Shown: positions 38,211-50,859, numbered from the stretch's first letter. The stretch: DNA of 64,000 bases from Felis catus (GCF_018350175.1 NC_058368.1:7130001-7194000); one strand, 5' to 3'. Notes: generated by a model from the sequence alone, not told the origin. Translations and numbers: made by a program.

Positions 38211-39139
38211 CTTGTCAAGAGTTCGTGGCCAGAAATTCAGATCGTTGAGAGCAATTCCGTTTCTTTGATTGACAGTAACATCAACATAAGCAGCAAAGAG
38301 TGTCTGAGAGTTCAAAAAGCGAGGCCGATCTCGGGCAGAAAGGTGACGCAGGTCAATGGGCTGCAGCGAATTGAGCTGTGGCCGGTCGTGACCCTAGGGC
38401 TGACCTAAAGGCTCTTTCTTACGTTTACTGTGGCAGTGACACAGGGACTGCGGCAGGATCTAGGGTGCGCTGGGGATCCAGGGAGAACTACTGTGAGTCC
38501 TGGAGAAAGAAGCATTTCCTAAATTTTCCCTCTCGCCTTCATGCAGAACCAGCTCAGGGAAGGTCACGTTCACTCCCGCTTTTGCGAGCCCGGCTCTTCG
38601 GAGGAACACAGGACCCCGTGTCGTTTCCTGCCTTGAGTTTCACTGGACGCACGAGAAGCGAGGACGCCTGTCCCGAGCCGTGTCTGCAGGAGAGTTTAAG
38701 TTCACAGTTTAGGTTTTAAAACTGCAATTTGAGCCCATTAGAGAGATTGGGCTGTGCTGAGACACGCGGGGACCAGTGCATTAGCCTACTTCCTTCCTGT
38801 AAAGACCTGTAAAAGCCAGTGTGATTTCTGCAGAATGAGGTCACTGCCGCCAGTCATCGGCTCCGGCAGCCCCCGAAGCCCTGAAACCCACCAGACACGG
38901 GGGCACCGAGGGCTGGGCTGGCCGGAGTGGGAGCGACGCTCCCGGCCCGGTACATTAGGTGAACCAACTGATCTGAACGTCCGCGGTAACCAGACAGGGT
39001 CGCAACCAGACCAGTTTCACGGATAAGGAAGCTGCCGCTGTTCAAGGGCAAAGGGGGAGGAAGTAGGAGAGGCAGGATTCTGCTAACTCCCATCAGGGGT
39101 GGAGAAGCCTCAGAGGGAGAAAGCCTCCGGGGAGAGCCC

Positions 39140-39340
39140 GGAGCCTCTCAAGCGGGACAGACGGACCTGGGTCACAACCCTGCCTCTGCAGCCACGAGCC
39201 ACAAGGTCTTGGGCGTGTTTCTTCACTTGTGTGACCTTGGTTTCCTCCTGTGCGTAAACCTCCTTCACAGGGCAGTGGGGACGATGAAAACAGACGATAT
39301 ACAGGGTGCTTAACCCGGCGCCTGTGTCTCAGTCTGTTGA
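39140..39340 (+). mobile_element. MIR
   Basis: 'gacctgggtcacaaccctgcctctgc...cttgggc...ttggtttcctc...cacagggcagtgggga'. Confidence 0.6.
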
Positions 39341-41599
39341 GGGGAAAAAGAACAAAGCATCTCAGAGCCTTCTCCCTGTCCCCCGGGACCTCGGTGAGAA
39401 GCTTCAGGCTGCACCTGTACCCCTCCAGTGGCTCAGCACGGCCCCACGCGTCTGTACCTCCGCGGCGGACAGCTCAGAGGGCAGCACCCTCCAGCCCGTT
39501 TCCCGGACTCTTGCCTTTTTGGGTCCCTCGGCTTCCTCAGCTAGAGGTAACGAAGTGGGCCATCCTTTGGGGGGACCTTTGAGAATAATTAGCGTGATGA
39601 TTGAGAGTGCTGTGAGTTCTTGGGGGTTAAAGTTTGTCACCATGATGATCGTCCCTGGGATAGTGCATATACTTCACTCATCGCGTGTCTTCCCCAAGAA
39701 CCAGGTCTTTGAAACGCAGTATTTGTAATCTGACGAACTGGATGGCCCCATCCTGGTCAGCAGCCAGCCAGGTGACTTTGGAAGTAAGCCCAGGAGGGTC
39801 CCGGGCTGGCATCCCCGGGCATCCCAAGGGCAGAATGGGGACAAGCCACCTCCTTGGGGGGCCTTCGCTCCTGAGTCAGCGAATGCCACAGCAACACAGA
39901 CTTCAGAGCCCAAGAGGGATCCCGCGACAAGTAGGTCTTCCTAAGCTGTCACTGCCAGATGGCTCGGCATCCGACGGAAGCCCGCTTCTCTCCTCCTTCC
40001 AGGTCCACGGCACACCTGCATTCCCCTCCCCGCCCCCCCATGTCGCTGCGGTCAGAAACCCATCCTCGACGCTCTTTGAAAGAGCACTTACTCATGGAAT
40101 GCTAGCTCTGTTCTAGGTGCTGTGGAAGATAAGGAAGTTAGACATTCTCTCTGCCTCTCCTAGCGCTGATTATGGCTGTGGTCGCAGAGGGGGAAGGGCG
40201 GCAGACCATTTGAGGTGGGAGATGGGGGCCCCGGGCGAGAAGGGAGGGGGTCTGTGGTGGCTGCAGTGTGGATCTGAGGGCTGCTGAGGGCCCCCTTGCC
40301 TTTCTTTTAGGGTCTCGGTGGCCCCCTGAGGCACGAGTCATGCCTATTCTTCTAGGACTCCCAATTTCGCAGTCCTGAAACTGAAGAGGTCCACCAATGG
40401 CTATGGTTTGCGATCAGGGAATGTAAGGGGCCAAGGGCTGCTCACGTGGCGGGGGGGGCGGGGGGCTGGGGCCACACGCATGTGCACATGCACATACAGG
40501 TGCGTGCACACACCCCTGCAGATCCCCGCCCTGTTGTGCAGGAGCCAAGTGGTCCTGTAGGAAGGATACGGGTGAGAGAATTGAGATACCAGTGATGGGC
40601 CCTCACCTCTGCCTCTCGGCTGGCCATTGGAAGACTTCCCGTCCAAGTTCCCTTCTGGCTGATTCTGTATCCGGCGCGCCCCCCCCCCCCCCAGCAGACA
40701 TCACGTTATGAAGCTGATACGAGCCAAAGCTCTTGTGTAAAGGGGTTTCTGAGATGCCTCCAGCATTGCTGTGCACGCTGCACCTGTTACCCTTCGGGCC
40801 CTCCTTTTGGTCTCTTCCTGGTAGTTCTGCTGTTGCCTGAACTTCTGGGCTCTGGGTTCCTTGGAGATCTGACACGTGTGTGCGTGTGTCTCACGTCTCC
40901 CGAGAACCCGCAGGCTTCCTAGGCGGAGCTGAATGTTGGCACCCTCCTCTCAGCTGGAAGAGGGGAAAGACAGCTGAGACCGGCCAACGGGCCATTTCTG
41001 AGTGGCATCCACAGAGCAGTCCGCTCACGTTCCCCCCAACGGGAGGCACCACGGCCCGGGAGCACCATGGGCCACCCTGAGGGGCTCGTGAATCCCGCCT
41101 CTTTATTAACCGGGCTGCTGCTGGATGCAAAGTTTACCGCACAACGAGGAGCTCACGAGAGCAGGATTACGTGACTATTTCTTCCTAAAAAATCACTCAC
41201 TGCGTCGTCAGGGACAATGCTTTCCCACTGATGTCTGATTGAGGGACAGCAGACCACTGCTGTGGACAATCTCTGAGTCATTTGGTCCTGAGAGAGCGAC
41301 CCAGGGGCAGCCAATGGTACAGCCCGGCTAAGGGAAACGGAGCCTTTCATGATGGGGCTTTGAACAACTCAGAAACCATGGGCCGAAGCAATGGGAGAAG
41401 AATGCCCAGGGTCAGACCAACAAGGTGGTCCTAACACCTCTGGATGGCGCTGCTCTGGGGGGGGGCCCGAAAGACGCATGCCCGGAGGTCCTGCCCCGCG
41501 AGGCATCCCACCCCCCGGGGAGAGACGGGAGTCCAGTTGGTGACTGTCCAGCTCGTCCGAGGGTGTTCTCTGCACAGTCACCTGTGTGGTTGATTATCC

Positions 41600-42420
41600 T
41601 GTTTGGAGCTCCTTTAAATTAAGACAATCCACGCCAGCGCGGTCCTATCGTTCTTGCCTCTGGTCTGTTTACTCCCAGCTCTCTGTAGGGAGGAAAAGGC
41701 TGGAAACTGCCTCCTAATGGCCCAATTAGTCCTAATGCTGCATAGTGTTGACTGTTTGGTTAACACCATATTGTGTACGGAACTAATTGTGGTGAAAGCA
41801 AATGAATGGTCAGGAAACAAACAGGCTACTAGAAAATAATTACTTGGAGTGTCTCTCTTTAGTAGCTGTGCAGCGGATTTCATTATAGTCAACAGCCTCT
41901 AAGCTGCTCGAAATAGTGGTATTTGTCATTTTCATAGAAACTTGATAATGACATTAATTTATCTTAATGGCCCGTTCTATTGTTATAAATAGTAAAATTA
42001 GCTTAAATTGTCTTGCTTTTGCTGGTTTTGGATGGCTGCAGAGGGCCCCGCAGCAGCCGACGAGTAGATAATTTGGTGTGCTTGACAGATTTCCAATAAT
42101 TTGTTATGTGGAGCATGAGTAATGCTAGTACCATTAATGTTCATTTTCCTCTAAATTCATTACTGCCCTTTTCCCTTTTATCTTTTTTAATGTCTGGGCC
42201 ATTTTTCTATATTTCAAGTGGAGCCACAGAATCTATTCATATTCAGCCAGCTATTAACATTCTGCACATAGCGAACATCCTGCAGAAAACAACTCTTTTT
42301 GAAATGATGAGTCTGGTCGCTCTTTACGACAGAAAAACAGACAAAACGGGGGGCTTGTTGCTACCAGGGCCTGGGCATAATTAAGTCAAATGTAATTTTA
42401 AAGAAATTTAAATGTTTTCA
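41600..42420. promoter_or_regulatory. Candidate highly conserved developmental enhancer
   Basis: AT-rich repeat-free island in GC-rich flanks with dense TAAT/ATTA, TAATGGCCC twice, and FOX-, SOX- and MEIS-like motifs. Conservation not tested. Confidence 0.5.
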
Positions 42421-43065
42421 TTTTATGGCAAAGGTAAAACATGCTCAAGGGAGACTCGAAGACGGCGTAATCATAATCCCACCTCTTTCACGCCGCTCGT
42501 GTTTCGACCTCAGAGGTGCGTATGCAACGGTCCCTACCGATTCGATTCTAATTAATCCCTGAAAAAAAGGTTACGACTCATTTCATCTCGGCAAACAGAC
42601 AGGCTGCCATAACAGCTGGAACCAACGTAAAGGCTCTTTGTCGTGAGAAGAAATCGCTGGAATCTAGTTTATTTGCTCCTCGGGTCCAAATCCTTGTCTG
42701 TATGGCCCCGGGGCTGGGGGCAGACCACAAAAATCCACTGCTTCTGCCTCTCCGCCTCTCCTGAGTAAGTCTCCCCTTCTTCCACGTGGTAAGAAGTCTC
42801 CCCAATAATGAAACGGCTGATGAGAGCTTCTCATAATTTTAGCGATGGACCCGTTGGGGCTAAGAAACGCGAAAAAGCGTGCAACGCTTCTCCCGGACAA
42901 GGGAAAGAACGTGGCAACTCAAAGCCGCTCTCTCTTCCTCATCTCGGGCAGAACGCATTCTTAGCCTGAAAGCCACAGCCCCCCCTCACCGGCACCGTGT
43001 GGGGCACAGCGAAAAAATACGCAAGTTTGGTGAGAAATCGGCTTTTTGGGGGGGGGGGGTAAAAG

Positions 43066-43165
43066 TTTTTATTCAAATTCCATTCAGTCAACACGCAGTG
43101 TTATGTCAGTTTCAAGTGTACCGGCTAGCGATTCAACGCCTCCAAACATCACCCAGTGCTCGTCA
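43066..43165 (-). mobile_element. Short carnivore L1 3' end
   Basis: 'cagtgttatgtcagtttcaagtgtac...gattcaac...catcacccagtgctcgtc'. Confidence 0.7.
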
Positions 43166-43299
43166 AACAAAAGTATTTCTCTTTTCCACGGATACAAACA
43201 GATTTTAAAAGCAGCCTGTTCAATAAAATCACCCAAATGTACTCCTGAGTGTCTGCCCAGGCCCTTCAAACCTTGGGGAGGGATGGAGGATAATGTACT

Positions 43300-43650
43300 A
43301 ATAATGTGATGTATCAGAGGGGCAATTCATAAAATATTTATCCTAAAGCAGAAAATGTGTCTGTCTGCCTTGTTCATTTATGAAATAATAGTTTGGGGGA
43401 ATTAGGTACCAGCTAAATCCCTTAGTCAATGTGGTTGATTTCACCCAGAGTCCATTAGACTAGGTTATGTATCTGCTAAGGAAGACGCAGCCTGTCAGTG
43501 ATGCATAATGGATCATGAAAGATAAATGGAATTAGGCAATTGAATAATTAGAGTAGTGCCCACTGGAGAGGCTCTAAGTAAAGGGCTGCCCGGATTTCCA
43601 TTAGAAACCTCCATTTCCATGGTTAGAAATCCATCTGGGAAAATTTGGCT
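43300..43650. promoter_or_regulatory. Candidate conserved non-coding element
   Basis: Repeat-free AT-rich block with AATTAG, CATTAG, TAATGG and TAATTAG motifs. Confidence 0.3.
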
Positions 43651-45329
43651 GGTGCTGAAAGTTAGCGCCTGGTGGGGGAACGAAGGGGAAAGAATCTACC
43701 CCGGGGGGCATGCTGGCACCCAAGAGCCAATGTTGGGTGATTCAGGAAGGACTTGAGCCCTGCACCCTCCCCCGACTAAACTGAGTCTCCCAAGCGCCAG
43801 ATTGGATGGCATTGAGCATTTCCCTGGACAGGTTGAGACCTGATCTGCTCCTCTGTCCTCAAGCTCGGAGCACTCAGCGATGCCTGCGGGGAAGGCTGCG
43901 CCGTGAAGGGTGTACCCTCAGATCGGGCGGTACACAACCTGCACAACTGCTCAGGCCACCTTTCAAGGGCCCCATCTCTTAACACAGCACACAGCACCTG
44001 GCGATCGGAAGCTGCTTACCAGTGTCTGATGAGTGAACAAACGAACTACTGTGACCTTCACTGAGTCCAATGAGAAGCAAGAGAAGGTAAATTGCAAACG
44101 AAGTTGGCCCCCGGCTCGACCGAGGGTGCAGCTTTCGACAGATGCATTAGGAGAAGAGAATCAAGCCTCTGGGCCGGTTTTAGGAAAGCCAGGATGCATC
44201 CCTTCACTCGGCAAGTATGCACTGAGCAGCTACCTTGTGCACAAGCATCGAAGCGCCTGTTTGAACTCCACAGGATCTAGCTCTGTCCTGAACACCACTG
44301 CTGGACAGAAAAAAGGTTTCTGTGAAAGGTGTCACTGCACGGAGTGGGAAAGGCAAAGTCGCCCGAGTCTGAGCGTGGCGTAACCTTGGGCAACGCTGAA
44401 CGCCTTCAAGCCCGTGTTTTGTGGAACAAAGTCTGTGCGGCTTTCGTTCGTGAACACGTATCTTACCGATCATCACACACATCTCAAGTCCGTCGCCTTG
44501 GCCCTATTTGACAGGGGAGGGGAGCGTGAGTTCAGAGTGCTCGGGAGTTTGCTCTAATTCGATGGCTGGTGGCTAGAGACACGGGCAAGGCTCCAACTCC
44601 GGTCTGCCCAGCACACGGGCCCTGGGACAGAAGGCTTGGCTCGTCCTGCACAGGAGGGAGGGCTCGACACACCAGGAACACGCTGGCCACACGCACGTGG
44701 ACACAGTCTCCCGTGCACGTCCCTGCCTTGTAGAGCTACCCCGGGGGACAGACACTCCTGAGGAGATTCTGCTGGAGCAGCTGTGTGACGAGGCATAGCT
44801 CCAAGGAGCACGTCCTGCTCCTCCTGGGAGGGCCGGATGCCCCCCGCCTGCTATCCCAGTATTTGCTTTATAGATATGTTTGCCCAGAGCCTGCTAGGCA
44901 TGATTCAGTACCTCTCGGGGTCCTGTTCGGTAGAGACATGCTTCCGCTCCAGGTTTCTCCATCTTCATTGCTCTCCGCCCCTCTCCTCCTCCTCCTCCGG
45001 GAAGCCCTCCCGTCACCACGCTCCTCTTTCCCCTTGCTGCCTCCGTGTCCTGGCACCATCAGCCACTGGTCCCTTCTCCATCTCAATGGGCTCTTCCCCC
45101 AGCTTCTGAAGAGCAACTTACACGGGTACCCCATCCACCCAACCCCCAAAATGGGTTCCTTGAAGGACCATCACTCAGCCATTCTGTTCTGTTGGTCCCT
45201 CAGCTACTGCCTTAACTTGCTCGTCTCCCAAGGCTGGGGCTTTCCCGAGACAATGTGGTGTTGTTCTGCTCCCACCTGCTCCCTTTCTGTCCCCTTCGAC
45301 CCCAAGCATGCCCAGTACTCGGCAGTACG

Positions 45330-46110
45330 CCCCGTATGCCCGGTACCACTTTTGCTGTGGTCGCTGATGACCTCCTGGTCCAGATCCAAGGTCGTCAACC
45401 CATCTGCAACATGGCGGTGACTGCCGTTGTCCCCTTTCGCCCAAAGCTCTCTTCTTCCTCAGCCTCCCCCCAACGCCCCTCGGTTCTCTTCTCCGTGCCT
45501 GTCTTCATCTACGGTGATTCCCCTTCTCCCCCAGCCGTCGAAGACGTGGTATCCCCAGGGCTTTGTGCCGCGTGCTCGTCACGGGCAACCTTGTCCTTCA
45601 AGTATCGTCTCTCTGCTGGTGACCTCCAGGTCTGTGAACAGAGGCCGCTGCCCTCAGGCTCTCCCTTCTAGCACTTTCTTGCCCCCTTCTTTCTTTCCCC
45701 TCCTAACATTTCTTGGGCGCCTGCCATATGTCCGGTCCTGTGTTTGGCTCTGGGTACAAAGAAGGGCCGGAGGATGGTCCGCTCTAGTTTCAGACCCGAA
45801 TGTTCCTTCTGCGGGCCGCCCCCTCCGCCCGGAAACATGGGATCCCCCAGGCACCTCCCGAACCTGTGGAAGCCTCCTCACTTCCCACCTGTCGCTCGCA
45901 CACCTCCTCCCCTCCACACCAAGCCCATCCGGCCTGATTTCGGAGGCTTGTGCTCCTCCCTCTGTCGTTGCCCTGGTGCCTCCCTCCCGTATCCCCCCAA
46001 TCCCGGGCTCCTGCAAAGTCTCCCCACCGGCGTCTCTGCCCCAGCTTCACCCTTCATTCTGTTTTCCACACTCCGTCCCCTCAAAAAAAACTTTCTCAAA
46101 TGCAAAGCGC
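45330..46110 (+). mobile_element. L2 LINE reverse-transcriptase region remnant
   Basis: Decayed RT motifs: VVADDLLV (cf. KVTNDLL), WYPQGFV (cf. GVPQGSV), FKYRLSAGDLQV (cf. FNYHLYADDSQI); pyrimidine-rich like L2. Confidence 0.7.
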
Positions 46111-46544
46111 ACGATTTGTTCTTTCGAACTTTTTTTTGCGCACCTGCTCCCTGCCAGACATCGTGCTCGAGACGACGCGGTGGAGAAGCAGGCGGAGTGC
46201 CTGCCCTCCCGGTGCTTTCAGTCTGGGGGGAGGGAGAGGACAGACATCGTTAGTGGTGGCGGATTTCACAAGCGAGAAGTGCCCTGAGCCACGCTCTTGT
46301 CCGGGAGCCGGGAGCCAGCTGCGGCTCTGCTCTGTTCGAGCCCGAACTGCTTCCATGACGGTCCAGAGGCTTCGCCATCCGGCGCCCGCCTACATTAGCG
46401 GGGCTCATGGGCTCCCATCCGTCACTTGTGTCCTTTGCACTCCCCCCACGCCGCGTGTCACCATTCCCCGAAGACACCAGGCTCTTCCGAGTTTCTGAGC
46501 TCGGGTATGCCCTTAGCCGCCAGGAAATTCACTACTCCTTCTAT

Positions 46545-47295
46545 TTCGCCAAGTGTCGCAAAATACACCTAACGTATAGTTGACCATCTTCAAGCTTTTT
46601 AAGCGTAGAGTTCAAGAGTGCTAAATACACCCCCGTTGTTGTGCAGCCAAACTCCAGAAATCTTTTCGTCCCGCGAACCTGAAACTCTGTGTCCGTTAGA
46701 CCACACCCCCACCCCCCTCTCCCCGCAGCCCCTGGCAGCCACCATTGGGCTTTCCGTCTCTGCGAACTTGACTCCTTGAGGTACCTCGTGTCAGCGGAAA
46801 TCATACGGTATTTGTCATTTGATGCCTGGCTTATTTCTCAAAGTAGGATGTCCTCACGGCTTATTCACGGTATAGGCAGTGTTGGCATTTTCCTTCATTT
46901 TAAGACTGAATAATACTGCGTTGTACGGATATACCTCAGTTTGTTTTTCCGTTCGTCTCTGGACGCTTGCGCTCCTTCTGCCTCTTGGTTATTGTGCCTG
47001 ATGTTGCTATGAATGTGGGTGTACAAATACCTCGTCAAGAACCTGCTTTCGATCGTTTTGGGTATATACCCAGAAGTAGCATTGCCGGATCTGGTTGTAT
47101 TTCTATTTTCAATTTTTTGAAGAAATTCCACCCTGCTTTCCATACGGCTGCCCCATTTCACATTTCTACCAACAGTGCGCAATGGTTCCAATCTTTCCGC
47201 TTCCTTACCAATGCTTGCTATTTTCTGTTTGTTTGGGTTTTTCTTGATAGCAGCCATCCTAACGGGTAGGCGGTTGTATCTCACTGTGTTTCTAC
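46545..47295 (-). mobile_element. L1MB/L1MA10-like ORF2 end and 3'UTR
   Basis: ORF 46895-47299 resembles the ORF2p C-terminus (TVRY...PVRMAAIKK...LEPLRTVGRNVKW); typical 3'UTR. Confidence 0.9.
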
Positions 47296-47299
47296 TCAT

Positions 47300-47545
47300 C
47301 TTTTAAGACCTAGCTTAAACCTCTTCTCTCCTGCCAAAATTTCTCTAATTTCCCCAGAGTTAGCATCCTGTGTGCATCGTGACACCTGTTCCCCACTCAG
47401 TCAAGCTTTACGAGACTCGGTATTTATTTGCGTATCTGTGTCCCCGGCAGCATTTGAGTTCCTAGACGGTGGTCCTGTTCGGTCAGTGAGGTGTCCTCAG
47501 CTCCCAGTTCACAATAGGTACTTCATAAATGTTTGGTGAATTAAA
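47300..47545 (+). mobile_element. L2 3' end (probably the same copy as 45330-46110)
   Basis: 'ttaagacctagcttaaa...tgagttcctagacgg...aataggtacttcataaatgtttggtgaatt'. Confidence 0.6.
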
Positions 47546-47594
47546 AGAAAGTTCTGTCATTCATATTTAGCTTAACATCGCTGTTGATTTACTA

Positions 47595-48560
47595 GCCTTA
47601 CTTGTTATAGAGCTGTGACTTACATAAATGGTGCAGGTCTGAAGCGTGCAGCTCAGTGAAACGCAAGTTTATACTCGTGTAACGACAATCCGGGTTAAGA
47701 CAGAACATTTCCAGGACCCTACGAATTCCTTTGGGTCTCCTACCAAACACCCACTCCCCAAAGTGACTCTGTAGAATTTTTTTAACCCCCAGTTGCCTTA
47801 CCCGTTCTTGCACGTCATATAAATGCAATCACATGGGGCGCCTGGGGGGCGCAGTCAGTTAAGCGTCCGACTTCAGCCAGATCACGATCTCGCGGTCCGG
47901 GAGTTCGAGCCCTGCGTCGGGCTCTGGGCTGATGGCTCGGAGCCTGGAGCCTGTTTCCGATTCTGTGCCTCCCTCTCTCTCTGCCCCTCCCCCGTTCATG
48001 CTCTGTCTCTCTCTGTCCCCCAAAAAATAAATAAACGTCGAAAAAAAAATTAAAAAATAAAAAATAAAAAAAAAATAAAAAATAAATGCAATCACACAGT
48101 AGTTACTCTTCAGAGTCTTACTTCTTTCTTTTCACCGGGTATCCGGAGATGCACCCATGTCACTGCATACGTCCGTGATTCATTCCTTTTTCTTGCTGAG
48201 TGGTATCTCATCGTCTGAATACGTTACAGTTCACTTAACCAGTTCCCCGCTGAGGGACATTTGCGTTGTTTCCAGCTTTTGGCTACCGTGATTAAAGCTG
48301 TTAAGAATATTCCTGGCCGCTGCAAATAAAGAGGCTGTGTCCCGTACATGTCTTTGGAGGGATAGAAGCCCTTCATTTTTTGCTGGGTCACGTTCTACGC
48401 GCCCGTGTGGCTTGAGCAGTTAGTACCAGACGGTTTTTCACGGCGGGTGAATGAATCCGCACCCTCACTGAACAATGTGTGAGAGTTCCAGGTGCTCCCT
48501 GGCCTCACCCACACTTGATATTGTCAGTCGTCTGATTTCAGGCGTTCAGGTGGTTGAGCA
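47595..48560 (-). mobile_element. Old L1M 3' region interrupted by a SINE
   Basis: 'gtgcagctcagtgaa...cagaacatttccaggacc...tcattcctttttcttgctgagtggtat...gggacatttgcgttgtttccagcttttggcta'. Confidence 0.75.
47835..48081 (+). mobile_element. Young Can-SINE (SINEC_Fc)
   Basis: Perfect TSD ataaatgcaatcaca; long A tail. Confidence 0.97.
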
Positions 48561-48649
48561 GAGTTTCTTCGTGCTCTTTTACCTGATTTCAAATGTTTCC
48601 TCTGCAGCAAAATTTTGTTTTTACACAGATATTTAAAAACGTATGCCTC

Positions 48650-48867
48650 GGGCGCCTGGGTGGCGCAGTCGGTTAAATGTCCGACTTCAGCCAGGTCACG
48701 ATCTCGCGGTCCGTGAGTTCGAGCCCCGCGTCGGGCTCTGGGCTGATGGCTCAGAGCCTGGAGCCTGTTTCTGATTCTGTGTCTCCCTCTCTCTCTGCCC
48801 CTCCCCCGTTCATGCTCTGTCTCTCTCTGTCCCAAAAATAAATAAACGTTGAAAAAAAAATTAAAAA
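48650..48867 (+). mobile_element. Young Can-SINE (SINEC_Fc)
   Basis: TSD aaaaa(c/t)gtatgcctc. Confidence 0.97.
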
Positions 48868-49077
48868 AAAAATGTATGCCTCACGGTTTTTTCCTTTTAT
48901 TGTCAATGTATTTACTTCCTTCTGCATTTGAGATAGGTATTTAATTTTTTTTTTTTTTATTTTAAGCAGGGCTTTTCAAACATAAAGATTTGAGCAGTTA
49001 GGGTAAAGCTCAGTCTTCGTAATGTGAGGGGAGCAGCGGGGGGGGGGGGGCGGGAGGGCCGACCCAAGTCTGTGCCT

Positions 49078-49108
49078 TGACCCTGTGACCCCGTGACCCT
49101 GTGACCCC
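49078..49108. repeat. 8-bp tandem repeat (TGACCCYG)x4
   Basis: TGACCC at 49078, 49086, 49094 and 49102. Confidence 0.9.
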
Positions 49109-49292
49109 GGGCCTGCCACTTCAGCTGCTTTCCAGCTTTGGCCAAGTTCATACAGGCTCTTGGTAACTCAGTTTCTTCATCCATGCAATTGGAATAATAA
49201 TAGAACATGCCTCATGACGTTGTTAAGTAAATTCTTGCTTAGAATAACCCCTGGCACAGAGTTAATACTCGTTAAATAGTAGAGGTAATTGT
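49108..49292 (+). mobile_element. MIR
   Basis: 'ctcagtttcttcatccatgcaattggaataataatag...cctggcacagagttaatactc'. Confidence 0.75.
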
Positions 49293-49440
49293 CACTCGGT
49301 TTCTTCAGTGACGCTTGTTAAAAGTTATTTCCTTTCCCATTTTTTTCTTGTTCCGGGTTAATCCCGGGAATAGCTCTCATGAAATTCAGGATACACCTGG
49401 AAGCTATGCTTCATTTTCTGGACTATTTTTTCTTGTTCTT

Positions 49441-49907
49441 TTTTTTTTTAAACATATTTTTTTATGTTTTATTTATTTATTTATTTTTAAGTTAAAAAAA
49501 ATTTTTTTTAATGTTTATTTATTTTTGAGAGAGACAGAGACAGAACGCGAGTGGGTTGGGGCAGAGAGAGAGGGAGGCACAGAATCTGAAGCAGGCTCCA
49601 GGCTCCGAGCTGTCAGCACAGAGCCTGACGTGGGGCTTGAACTCACAAGCTGTGAGATCATGACCTGAGCCGGAGTCGGACGCTCAACCGACGGAGCCAC
49701 TCAGGCGCCCTGCTTTATTTATTTATTTTTGAGAGAGAGAGGGAGAGTGGAGGAGGGGCAGAGAGAGAGGGAGACACTGAATCCGAAGCAGACTCCAGGC
49801 TCTGAGCTGTCCGCACAGAGCCCGATGTGGGGCTCGAACTCACAAGCTGTGAGATCATGACCTGAGCCAGAGTCGGACGCTCAACCGACAGAGCCACCCA
49901 GGTGCCC
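49441..49907 (-). mobile_element. Two head-to-tail Can-SINEs (about 49490-49710 inserted in the tail of 49711-49907)
   Basis: Outer TSD ctattttt(t/c)c(t/c)tgttctt at 49423 and 49908; inner tg(t/c)tttatttatttattt at 49465 and 49711. Confidence 0.93.
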
Positions 49908-50648
49908 CTATTTTTCCCTGTTCTTAAGCCAATGTCAGACATCCCTATTGATTATCATTTGATAATATATTTTATAATGATCTGCGAAGTGAGTTCTCCT
50001 GATCTGTTTTATTCTCTTCCCCCAGTGCAGTACTCTAGCCTTTTTATTTATCTGTCCCGGTGGATCATTAGCATCATTTTTGTGAAAATCTTAGTTTTCG
50101 AGCTCTATCTCTAGTGAACTGAAGGAGTTTTCTGAGCTTTACCATTCCAAATCTTACTAGCCTGAAATAGAGCCCCAAATCCCAAATTTCGATTCTTCCT
50201 TTATTTCTCTGATAAGAATTTTATAATTTTCTTCAACAGACCTTACACCAGGTTGCTTCCCAAGCACATTTTTTACAGCTTCTGTGAACGGAATTTCTTC
50301 ATTCACTCTGTTTTCTGTTTTGTCCCTCGTGCATTAGAAAGTGATGGATTTTGTGGATTCGTGTTATGCACATCCCTTTTGGGGACCCACTGATTATCCC
50401 CAGTAATTTTCAGTTTGGGGACAGAGGTGGCAAATGACAGTGGGAAGAACGTGGGCTTGGAAGCAGATGGGCCACGCTGTAGGTACATCTTGTCTCGTGA
50501 TCTGTGTGGGACACTTTGGGCAAGCTGCCATCTTCCCGGAGCCCCAGAGCCTTCACTGGTGATAATACCATGCGGTAATAATCCTCGGGAGGGCTTGTGC
50601 TGGAATTCTAGAAACTTCTTTCTTTCTTTCTTAACAATCGTAGGAGCT

Positions 50649-50851
50649 GGGGCGCCTGGTGGCTCCATTGGTTAAGCGTCTGACTCTTGGTTTTGGCTTA
50701 GGTCGTGATCTCACTGCCTGTGAGATCCAGTCCTGAAGGGGGCTCTGTGCTGACAGAGAGGAGTCTGGGATTCCCTCTCCCCGCACCCCCCGCCACTCTC
50801 TGCCCCTCCCCCGCTCACGCCTGCACCCCGCCCACCTCCTCTCTCTCAAAA
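50649..50851 (+). mobile_element. Older Can-SINE, tail absent
   Basis: Head and body end at ctctctcaaaa and abut L1 sequence. Confidence 0.9.
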
Positions 50852-50859
50852 CCTCTTAT

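Noticed and set aside
44785..46498. Cluster of 140-286-aa ORFs
   Set aside because: Largely within stop-poor, decayed L2 sequence.
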